This document shows, piece after piece, positions 56,240-64,000 of a stretch of 64,000 nucleotides of DNA. Numbering within the stretch: position 1 is the stretch's first letter; every line of letters begins with the position of its first letter. The notes beneath the pieces were generated by a model. It was given only the letters and a program-made list of their open reading frames with translations, was not told the origin of the DNA and searched no databases. The position numbers and the translations under genes are program-made. This DNA comes from a virus (lineage: Duplodnaviria > Caudoviricetes): IMG/VR virus record IMGVR_UViG_3300033463_000012. One strand, 5' to 3'.

Positions 56240-57295
56240 ATGAAAGATTGGAAAAAATACATCACCGAAGTCAAGAACGTTCACAGCAAGGAAGATTTGA
56301 TTACGAATCTTCGTGCATCCCGTGGTCTCAATTCCGACAATCCAAATCAGGATTCCTCTCAGACGGAAGAAGAGGACACACTTGACTACGAAAAGAAGGA
56401 ATTGGAATACGTCAACACCGAATTGGCCAAACAGACTCATAAGTCCAACAAGAAGGTGAAGTCGCTCAAGAAGAAGCTGAAGAAGTTGAAAGGCAAGGTT
56501 TCTGATCTTGAGGACGAAAAGGACGAATTGGAATCTCAACTTGATCAACAGGGAAGTGAAGATGAAACCGAAGAAACCTCAGAAGACAATTCCGGCGAGG
56601 AAGCCCCTGAAGGCGAAGAAGGCGAATCCTCCAATGAAGAACAGGGTGGCGAGGAAGGCGAAGTAGAGGACAAAGAAGGGGAAGAATCAGAGGAATCGGA
56701 AGAATCAGAAGAAGAGGAAAAAGGCCTCAACTACGACGATGACCTTGACTCCGTGGTCGACCTCGGTGGAAAGAAGAAACGCAATGAATCCTTGGAAAGA
56801 TTGATAAATGGCCCTATGAACATCCTGATGGAAGCGATCGAAAACGGGGCGAAGTTCGAGGACAACTACATCTGGTGGGACAAATATCCCTGCTATTTCG
56901 CCTATGTGGTTTCCCCCGAACAGAAGGGCGTCGTGGTTCTCAAGGGTTCCCATGACCTTCACGTGGTCGGTTCCGGTTTCACAAAGAAGGAGCTGGAAGA
57001 CTGCATGAAGTGCTTGGCTGACAATCTCCCCTCCAACGTTAAGGAGATTTCGTCCCATGGTGGTATTTCTCCGGGAGGCATAAATGTCCTTTTGAGATTG
57101 AAGGACTATGGCTGGACTTTGACCGGAACGGAAACCGGGGACGATCACTATTGGTGCGCTGAAATAGATGAGGAAAAATTCGTCAGTTGGATTTCCAAGG
57201 CCGAAAACGAGGACTATTGGGAAGAAACAGGCGAAACCACGGGTGACTTCCTGAAGGACACTCGACCCAAGGTTCCGGTAATGAAACGAGGATAG
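56240..57295 (+). CDS. Acidic modular protein with capsid-targeting-like N-terminus MKDWKKYITE
   Basis: Coiled coil, Glu-rich linker, globular C-terminal domain after NES...ILME; late promoter. Confidence 0.7.
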   Translation: MKDWKKYITEVKNVHSKEDLITNLRASRGLNSDNPNQDSSQTEEEDTLDYEKKELEYVNTELAKQTHKSNKKVKSLKKKLKKLKGKVSDLEDEKDELESQLDQQGSEDETEETSEDNSGEEAPEGEEGESSNEEQGGEEGEVEDKEGEESEESEESEEEEKGLNYDDDLDSVVDLGGKKKRNESLERLINGPMNILMEAIENGAKFEDNYIWWDKYPCYFAYVVSPEQKGVVVLKGSHDLHVVGSGFTKKELEDCMKCLADNLPSNVKEISSHGGISPGGINVLLRLKDYGWTLTGTETGDDHYWCAEIDEEKFVSWISKAENEDYWEETGETTGDFLKDTRPKVPVMKRG

Positions 57296-57301
57296 GACCT
57301 C

Positions 57302-57973
57302 ATGCCAATCTCGAACGAACTGCCAGATTGCGACAATTTCGACAGTCCTTACTTTGACTTTGCGTCAGAGTGCTACGAGACTGAATCGAAAATGATCGAT
57401 GATTTGACCACAGAGGAAATCAATTTGGCCGGCGTGATGGGATATTGGTATGTCGTGGACTATTCACTGAAAAATGAAAGAGTGTTCGGTGAGGACAACT
57501 CCAGGACGATATTGCGGAAATTCCCGTTCATGTTCCTGGTCGAAGGTCTGCCGATAGATGACAAGAAGTGGTCAAAATTCGGCATAGAAGGTATGGACAA
57601 CTTTCACATAGTGGTCGCCAAGGCGGGATTCACCCAGGCGTCAATGATGATGGCCGACGGGATGACTCCTGCATACGAGCCGAGAAACCCTCACTCCGGT
57701 GACATTTTTCAATCCACGCACAACAATGTATTCTATCGAGTATTGGACGTGAAGGACAAGGGAGACACAATGCTCCAGCGCGCCCATAGCTTTGACTGCA
57801 TTGTGACTCCTCTGGAAATGGCTCACCACAACATCGCTCCTATTCTGAAGGACGACATCATAGCGAAATTCAATGACGCGAAGGACTCCCTGGCGCAGAA
57901 CATGAAACTCGACAGGTCCAAGCGTCCACAAGGTCTAGATTCTTTTGGCAACGTTGTATTTGGAGGTAAGTGA
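57302..57973 (+). CDS. gp14: Neck protein
   Basis: E.I...G, FGED, SKFG, P.SGD pattern. Confidence 0.8.
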   Translation: MPISNELPDCDNFDSPYFDFASECYETESKMIDDLTTEEINLAGVMGYWYVVDYSLKNERVFGEDNSRTILRKFPFMFLVEGLPIDDKKWSKFGIEGMDNFHIVVAKAGFTQASMMMADGMTPAYEPRNPHSGDIFQSTHNNVFYRVLDVKDKGDTMLQRAHSFDCIVTPLEMAHHNIAPILKDDIIAKFNDAKDSLAQNMKLDRSKRPQGLDSFGNVVFGGK

Positions 57974-58530
57974 TGGCCGAGCAAAAGCGATTCTACAAGG
58001 GAGATTATTCTGCAACCCTCTACATCGGGGACGACATTGACAACGAGATGGCCAAGGACTTCGTCTCGACCTTGGCTCAGATAAGCGCTCAGCTGTTGGA
58101 TACCCCTGGCGCCAAAATCCTCGTGGACATCAACTCCACCGGAGGGAATGTCTATGATGCATTCTCGATCATAAATGCGATCAAGACTTGCCCGATTCAG
58201 GTCGACACCTATGTTTCCGGCCTGGCCGCTTCTTCTGCCTTCGTCATCGCCCTGGCCGGCAAGGATCGTTATTGTTCAGACCTGGCCAACTACATGTTCC
58301 ATTCCGTCTCCGCCACCTCCTCGGGAACCATGGCCTATTTGCAGAATGACGTGGCGCAGACACTGAACTTGCAGAAGATGCTGGTGGATTTCGTCAGGAA
58401 AAATTCGAAGATTTCCAAGAAGAAATTGGAAACCATAGTCAATGCAAACCGGGATAGCTACTACATGCCTGTTGATTGCGTTCGTATGGGCGTGGTCGAC
58501 TACATCGTGGACGTTGAATCCCGAAGATGA
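57970..58530 (+). CDS. ClpP-like serine protease
   Basis: INSTGG, GLAASSA, MFH, G.VD. Confidence 0.88.
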   Translation: MMAEQKRFYKGDYSATLYIGDDIDNEMAKDFVSTLAQISAQLLDTPGAKILVDINSTGGNVYDAFSIINAIKTCPIQVDTYVSGLAASSAFVIALAGKDRYCSDLANYMFHSVSATSSGTMAYLQNDVAQTLNLQKMLVDFVRKNSKISKKKLETIVNANRDSYYMPVDCVRMGVVDYIVDVESRR

Positions 58531-58554
58531 GCTAAATTCTCAAAAGGAGAGAAG

Positions 58555-59022
58555 ATGACACTTTTGGAATATGTCAAGAAAATCCCTGGACATAAAAACT
58601 CCAAAGGTGAATCTGCTCCTTGGACGATAGTTTCGCACAAGACCGGCAAGGTTCTTTCCTCTCATAAGACAAAGGAAGAGGCAGAGAAACACTTGCAGCA
58701 GATGCATTATTTCAAAGAGGACGTAAACATGAGCAGAGCGAAGAAAGTTTGCGAAGACGGTGAATACTGGTATGAAGTGGAAGTTGATCCCAACTCAGAT
58801 GAACACAATGATGGCACCTATATAGTCGATTGCAAATTCTGCGGCGACACTTACCTCTTCAAGGGATTGCCCGAAACACTAGTTTTCAACAGAAGCAAAA
58901 AAATCCAGGACATTCTCCCTAATCTCGAACCTGAATATCGGGAAATGTTCATCTCCGGCATGTGCCCCAAATGCTGGGACAAGATGATCGGGGATGACGA
59001 AGAAGAGGAAGATGAGGAATAA
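58555..59022 (+). CDS. Two-module hypothetical late protein
   Basis: MTLLE leader, basic domain ending HYFKE, then C..C...REMFISGMCPKCW. Confidence 0.75.
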   Translation: MTLLEYVKKIPGHKNSKGESAPWTIVSHKTGKVLSSHKTKEEAEKHLQQMHYFKEDVNMSRAKKVCEDGEYWYEVEVDPNSDEHNDGTYIVDCKFCGDTYLFKGLPETLVFNRSKKIQDILPNLEPEYREMFISGMCPKCWDKMIGDDEEEEDEE

Positions 59023-59023
59023 T

Positions 59024-59413
59024 ATGGAAGAAGTAAGCGAAACGGAATTGACAAAACTGATCGAATCTGGCTTCAATTGCAAGATTGACTACATGCGATT
59101 GGACGAAGGATATCTTGCGCTCATTGCGAAGATAGGAAAAGACATAAATTTTGAACTGAACTATGACAGTGAAAAATTCTTCCCGAACACCATAACAGGA
59201 ACAGTTGACCGTTGCAGATTTGACACCTACTTCAGTGAACCAAAGAATGTCGAGGAATTCCTTGGCAATGTTTTGTCATCTGTTGCCGATGAATATGGTT
59301 TCAGTAAGACCAAGACTTGGATAAACGGGGTGAACAGGTCCTACATATTCAAGGCACTTGACATGATTCAGAAAGTGGCGAACGGTGAAGCGTATTACGA
59401 CAAGGATGAATAA
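59024..59413 (+). CDS. Hypothetical protein
   Basis: GAGG SD. Confidence 0.7.
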   Translation: MEEVSETELTKLIESGFNCKIDYMRLDEGYLALIAKIGKDINFELNYDSEKFFPNTITGTVDRCRFDTYFSEPKNVEEFLGNVLSSVADEYGFSKTKTWINGVNRSYIFKALDMIQKVANGEAYYDKDE

Positions 59414-60276
59414 TGGCGAAGAAATTGTGCATATCCATTTGTGGTGGCGGGATCAAGGGCGTTTGGGTTTCTCAATTCCTTTCCCGTCTTGAATCCGACC
59501 TTGGCAAATCAATAGCCAAACAGGTGAAGGCTGTGGCCGGGACATCAACCGGTTCCATCATTGCTGCCGCTTTGGCTGAAGGGTTGTCCGCCACGGAAAT
59601 CACTGACCTCTACGTGAACAAGGGGTCCAAAATCTTCACCAAATACCCTGCATACAAGAGAGTCCTTCCCAAATATCCGACCTATGACAATTCCAACTTG
59701 AAGAAGATCCTCAAGGACATTCTCAAGGGAAAGATGAGCGAATTCAAAATCCCCGTCTACATCCCGACCACCTACATGAATGGAACAAGCGTGGAGAAGG
59801 TTTGGGACAAGGGGGACGACAATATTGACAAGTGGTTCGCAGTCCTGACCTCCTGCTCCGCTCCTACCTATTTCGACGTTGTGGTTCAGGGCAATGATTC
59901 CTACTGCGATGGTGGTATTTGGGGAAATGACCCCTGCATGGTTCTTCAGTCCGGTTTGAAAAAGGAATACCCGAAGTTCGGTGACATCAAGGTCCTTTGC
60001 TTCAATACCGGTGGGATTTCCAAGCACGAGGACACCGGAAACAAGACGATGCTCGGGTGGGCTGAATACTTCATCGACAATGTGGGGAACGCAGGGGACA
60101 GCAACTATTTCGAACTCTGCGCCAACATCGGGGAAGAAAATGTGTTCCGGGTCAATCCTAAGGTCGGTGGGAAGATGGATGATGCCTCCAAGGATCACAT
60201 CTCCAAGCTGATAGACATCGGGAATTCTGCCTATGATTCCTGCAAGGACGAGTTGAAGAAGTGGTTGAAGAAATAG
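59413..60276 (+). CDS. Patatin-like phospholipase
   Basis: GGGIKG, GTSTG, SAPTYF, DGG. Confidence 0.93.
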   Translation: MAKKLCISICGGGIKGVWVSQFLSRLESDLGKSIAKQVKAVAGTSTGSIIAAALAEGLSATEITDLYVNKGSKIFTKYPAYKRVLPKYPTYDNSNLKKILKDILKGKMSEFKIPVYIPTTYMNGTSVEKVWDKGDDNIDKWFAVLTSCSAPTYFDVVVQGNDSYCDGGIWGNDPCMVLQSGLKKEYPKFGDIKVLCFNTGGISKHEDTGNKTMLGWAEYFIDNVGNAGDSNYFELCANIGEENVFRVNPKVGGKMDDASKDHISKLIDIGNSAYDSCKDELKKWLKK

Positions 60277-60284
60277 GAGAAATT

Positions 60285-61616
60285 ATGAGAAATGACAGAT
60301 TGAATGAAAGTCACGATTGGGATGAGTTTTCAAAGGAATTTCCTAACTCTGATGAATATCTCCCCGCTAGTGGTGATGGTGACAACATGGGAACTCAGGC
60401 ATCTACTGCACTCTGCAAGTTGGTGTACAAATGGTTCAATGACGGTGACGTTTACGACAACAACTACGGAATGGAAGGATGGTGCAATGACATCTCCGGT
60501 TCCGCAAACTGGCTGTACAAACATATTCCTGAAACAAGGGAAATTCTCGATCGTATCGAAGAGGTCAACACAGATGAAGCATATACTGACCTTCTTTATG
60601 ACCTGTGCGAAGTCGTTGACCCAATGATCCCGGAATTGTTGAACGAACCCAAGGTCGGTGATGCCTACAATGAAGATGGTCCTTATCATTTCACGGAATT
60701 CATCGAGTGTCCCGAATGCAGAGAAAAATTCGATCCTAATGACCCGCTGCAATGGGTCAGCTTCATGGGATGTTGCAGAGATTGTGCAGAAGAAATGGAA
60801 CAGGAAGAGGAAGAAGAACTGGACGAATCTGTTCAGCGGTTGGATGAAACCAGTTGGTTTAAACAACGGGAACTTGCATGGGAACTCAGATATGAAGATT
60901 ACAATGGACTTGAAAGTGCTGAACGAGATCAAAATGACTATGGTCGTGCAAAATGGATAATGGGTGTAATCGAAAAAGATGTTCAGGATTTGCCAGAAGT
61001 CAAAAACACTGATTTGGATGCAGATGGGTATATTCACAAAGAAAAGAAATATGTAGACAGACCTGGATATGCATATTTCTCTGGCCATGCCTATTTGACC
61101 ATAACTGTTAATGACGAAAAAGTTGAATTGGATTTGAATGACAAATACAGATGCATAGACATTTTGTATGGTGACCACCTGGAAAAGACCCTGAAATACG
61201 TCGCCTCCTTCAAACATGACAATAATGGTCAGATGCTCGGGAAGATAAGGGCGAAGATGCGTCCTTGGTGGAAACGTCACCTGTCCGAAGAAAGCTACGC
61301 CAAGTTGTACCCCAATGCTGCAGCCGAAGAAGCTGCAGCAGAGGCAAAGAAAGCTGAACTTCAAAAGGCCAAGGAAGAAGAAAGGGAAAGAAAGGCAGCC
61401 GAAAGACTTGCAGCCCTTGACCCTGACATGGACGTCAACCCGATTCAGATGACTCGCCGTTTCTGGAAGATTCAGAAGGCGCTAAAGGCAGGGGAACAGA
61501 ACCCGGAACCTCAGGAAAAGGTGGATGAACTCAAGGCATTCATGAACACCAAGGGAGCCATGGACGCATTCGGCAAATACTACAATTTCGCCAGAAGTTT
61601 CATGAGCAAACTTTGA
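60285..61616 (+). CDS. Modular acidic protein with RLNES and LDESVQRLDET sites
   Basis: Zinc-binding acidic module, AT-richer middle module, helical tail. Confidence 0.75.
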   Translation: MRNDRLNESHDWDEFSKEFPNSDEYLPASGDGDNMGTQASTALCKLVYKWFNDGDVYDNNYGMEGWCNDISGSANWLYKHIPETREILDRIEEVNTDEAYTDLLYDLCEVVDPMIPELLNEPKVGDAYNEDGPYHFTEFIECPECREKFDPNDPLQWVSFMGCCRDCAEEMEQEEEEELDESVQRLDETSWFKQRELAWELRYEDYNGLESAERDQNDYGRAKWIMGVIEKDVQDLPEVKNTDLDADGYIHKEKKYVDRPGYAYFSGHAYLTITVNDEKVELDLNDKYRCIDILYGDHLEKTLKYVASFKHDNNGQMLGKIRAKMRPWWKRHLSEESYAKLYPNAAAEEAAAEAKKAELQKAKEEERERKAAERLAALDPDMDVNPIQMTRRFWKIQKALKAGEQNPEPQEKVDELKAFMNTKGAMDAFGKYYNFARSFMSKL

Positions 61617-61624
61617 GGCAATAG

Positions 61625-63094
61625 ATGTTCTACAGGGAACTGTTTGAAGAATTCAAGAAATGGGTGACTTCCTCTCACATGGAGGAAGAGGTCCAGGATG
61701 CCTACGAAACGGGTGACATCAGTGTCTTCGACGAAATCCTCGAACAGTTCGAATTCTTTGTACAACATGAAGTCAAGGCGGATGACATCGTTTCCATGGT
61801 GGACGATTGGTGCGAACTTCAACCACTGACTGAAAGTGCAGAAAGCAGCATTGACTGGAACTCGTTTTCAGACCCGGACATTCAGAAGGGTGTTGATCTG
61901 ATGCGAAAGATAAATGACTGCGGTTACGAGGCATACATAGTCGGTGGCTGTGTTCGTGATATCGTCAATGGAGACAAGGACGTTCATGACATTGACATTG
62001 CCACCAATATGCCAATTTCGGAACTGAAGAGCAAGTTTCACACCGCAGACAATGGCGGGGAGAAACATGGAACAATTCTTGTCGAAAACGACGGAACCAT
62101 GTTCGAGGTGACTCAATTCAGAACCGAAACTGGTTATAGCGACGGACGACATCCTGACAAAGTGGATTGGACAAATTCATTCGAAGCCGACACCAAACGT
62201 CGTGACTTCACCATAAACGCCATGGGCATAGATGCAGATGGAAAGGTGATCGACTACAATGGTGGAATGGACGACCTACGCAACAAAGTGCTTCGTGCAG
62301 TAGGAAATCCCGTTGAACGTTTCACCGAGGACGCCTTGCGTATCATGCGCGCCATGCGTTTTGCCGCTCGATTCGACATGACCATAGCTGAAGAGACAAT
62401 GGAAGGAATAGTCGCTTGCAAGGATCAGCTGAGCAACATTGCAGTGGAACGCATCCAGGCCGAAATGATCAAGACTGCTGAATATGGCTCCAAACAGTTC
62501 GCGATCATTGTTTCCTTGATGAACGACACTGGATGCGGTGAGGTAATCGATCCTTATGGTTTCGTGGATTGGGGCAAGGCGACGGATTTGACCGAAGCAA
62601 GGGCACTGAATCCATTGTTCCCCGAATTGGACAAGGACGTCATAGTCTCCTTGGCCCTGCTGTTCTATGGAAGTGACACAAACAAGGCCATGTCATATTT
62701 CAGATGTTCAGGTGATCAGACCAGGAGCGTTGGATTCATCTATGACAACTTGGAGAATTACAGGCACCTTGAAGATTTGGACCCGATCAATGCCATTAAA
62801 ATTGTGAACAACAAGGACTTTGATCGGCTGCGTGAAGTGAACCATGCGATCGAAGGACATGACAGTGAAAGCGCCAAGGTCATTCCTGTGATCGAAATGC
62901 TGATCGACAAGGCATTGCCGAGATTCAAGGACATTTCCGCGATGATGAAGAAAGCTGGAATAAAATCTGGACAAAACTACGGAATCATCCAGAAGAAAAT
63001 TCAGAACAAAATCTGCAAGATGTATATGGACGGGATTGAACCGACCGATGATCAGATAATGGAAATGCTGATCAAATACAGTGAGCTAAATTAG
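61625..63094 (+). CDS. cca: Class II tRNA nucleotidyltransferase (CCA-adding) with acidic N-terminal extension
   Basis: VGGCVRD, DIDIAT, RRDFTINAM, EDALRIMRAMRF. Confidence 0.92.
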   Translation: MFYRELFEEFKKWVTSSHMEEEVQDAYETGDISVFDEILEQFEFFVQHEVKADDIVSMVDDWCELQPLTESAESSIDWNSFSDPDIQKGVDLMRKINDCGYEAYIVGGCVRDIVNGDKDVHDIDIATNMPISELKSKFHTADNGGEKHGTILVENDGTMFEVTQFRTETGYSDGRHPDKVDWTNSFEADTKRRDFTINAMGIDADGKVIDYNGGMDDLRNKVLRAVGNPVERFTEDALRIMRAMRFAARFDMTIAEETMEGIVACKDQLSNIAVERIQAEMIKTAEYGSKQFAIIVSLMNDTGCGEVIDPYGFVDWGKATDLTEARALNPLFPELDKDVIVSLALLFYGSDTNKAMSYFRCSGDQTRSVGFIYDNLENYRHLEDLDPINAIKIVNNKDFDRLREVNHAIEGHDSESAKVIPVIEMLIDKALPRFKDISAMMKKAGIKSGQNYGIIQKKIQNKICKMYMDGIEPTDDQIMEMLIKYSELN

Positions 63095-63138
63095 ACAGAA
63101 AATTTGCATAATAGTGTGCAATGAAAGGAGATTAGGAT

Positions 63139-63777
63139 ATGGCTTTTTATTCATATACCAACAAGGAAAAGGCAATAGATGCACTACAGCGTCTCTCTGA
63201 TGCATATGAAGACGTGGTGAACTACATAAGTGACGAGGACTTCAACAAGATTGCCTATGACATGCCTCTGGAAATCGATGACAATGATGATTATAGCAGC
63301 TTGATGGAAATTTATGACGGTTCTTTCGCTCCTCGTTCATTTGATGAATTGGAAATTACTACATTCTGCGAAGCCATGATCAATGGACTCAAACGTTTGG
63401 ACAATGTCAATGAATCCCGTCATCATGGTCATATGCTTAAGGAAAGTGAAGAAAAGCAGACCATGTACATGGATGACGTTCATTTGAAGAATTTGACAAT
63501 GGACGGAGAAATCTACGATAGATGGGGCTGGGATGATATTATAAACGCACTATGGCAACAGGTAGTTGATAAGGACAATATTGAAGATATTGTACGCACC
63601 GCCTTTGCTGAAAACAAGCACTGGAAAAACCCTACTAATAGAGGGTGGTTCCCTGTTCTTACCAAATTCTCTGGAAATGCAGGTAAGGCATATTTCGCTC
63701 TTAAAAACGAAAACGGTCGTCAGTCAAAGGATCAGGTTCTTGTTTCTTGGACCCCGGTTACTGAAGACGAACTGTAA
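63139..63777 (+). CDS. Two-module protein with VNESRHHGHMLKES linker
   Basis: Late promoter CTAAATTAGACAGAA at 63086. Confidence 0.75.
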   Translation: MAFYSYTNKEKAIDALQRLSDAYEDVVNYISDEDFNKIAYDMPLEIDDNDDYSSLMEIYDGSFAPRSFDELEITTFCEAMINGLKRLDNVNESRHHGHMLKESEEKQTMYMDDVHLKNLTMDGEIYDRWGWDDIINALWQQVVDKDNIEDIVRTAFAENKHWKNPTNRGWFPVLTKFSGNAGKAYFALKNENGRQSKDQVLVSWTPVTEDEL

Positions 63778-63792
63778 AAGAATTGTGTGACC

Positions 63793-63823
63793 AAAACCCG
63801 CTCCTCCATTGGAGCGGGTTTTC
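63793..63823 (+). terminator. Intrinsic terminator
   Basis: AAAACCCGCTCC/GGAGCGGGTTTT stem. Confidence 0.85.
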
Positions 63824-63853
63824 TTTTGCCTCTAAATTCACTGGAGGTCCTAT

Positions 63854-64000
63854 ATGAACATCAATCGGGACAGTTTCCTTGAATTCGACACAAACACGAA
63901 TGACTTGGACCTTTTGACCAATCAGCTTTTCCGTACCTATTTTCCTGAAACCGAATCCAAGTTTCTGGTCACCGCTCAGGATGTAGGCAGGCCGGACTTG
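63854..64000 (+). CDS. Baseplate wedge gp53-like protein, partial
   Basis: GGAGG SD, CTAAAT, reads ...DVGRPDL at the window edge. Confidence 0.5.
   Translation, partial: MNINRDSFLEFDTNTNDLDLLTNQLFRTYFPETESKFLVTAQDVGRPDL

Noticed and set aside
56540-56720. GAA-rich low-complexity stretch as a DNA repeat element
   Set aside because: Explained by a Glu-rich protein linker

Overview
This 64-kb window is part of a T4-like (myovirus) bacteriophage genome, probably from a phage of an anaerobic bacterium (class III NrdD/NrdG, ThyX). It carries T4 core genes: gp4, gp18, gp19, gp17, gp14, gp43, gp41, gp62, gp45, gp46/47, gp55, UvsX and gp30. Genes lie mostly on the minus strand up to about 45.1 kb and on the plus strand afterwards. 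Main accessory systems: (1) a family of late-expressed modular acidic proteins whose domains are joined by a repeated linker ES-(R/H)n-G-R-ML(R/K)E that resembles paired T4 prohead-protease sites, suggesting capsid-packaged cargo polyproteins, possibly including a CCA-adding enzyme; (2) a DNA-hypermodification-like operon coupled to the polymerase (UDP-galactopyranose mutase, ParB-like protein, TAGT-like and T4-AGT-like glycosyltransferases); (3) a rich RNA inventory of six conventional tRNAs (tRNA-Arg(UCU) carries a 240-nt group I intron), two aberrant tRNA-like RNAs and a ~565-nt pseudoknotted ncRNA; (4) a small RNA with anti-SD and anti-early-leader segments; (5) a dispersed ~100-bp palindromic repeat; (6) a ColE2-type replicase-like gene beside tandem repeats at the strand switch. 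All calls come from motif recognition by eye; no searches were run.
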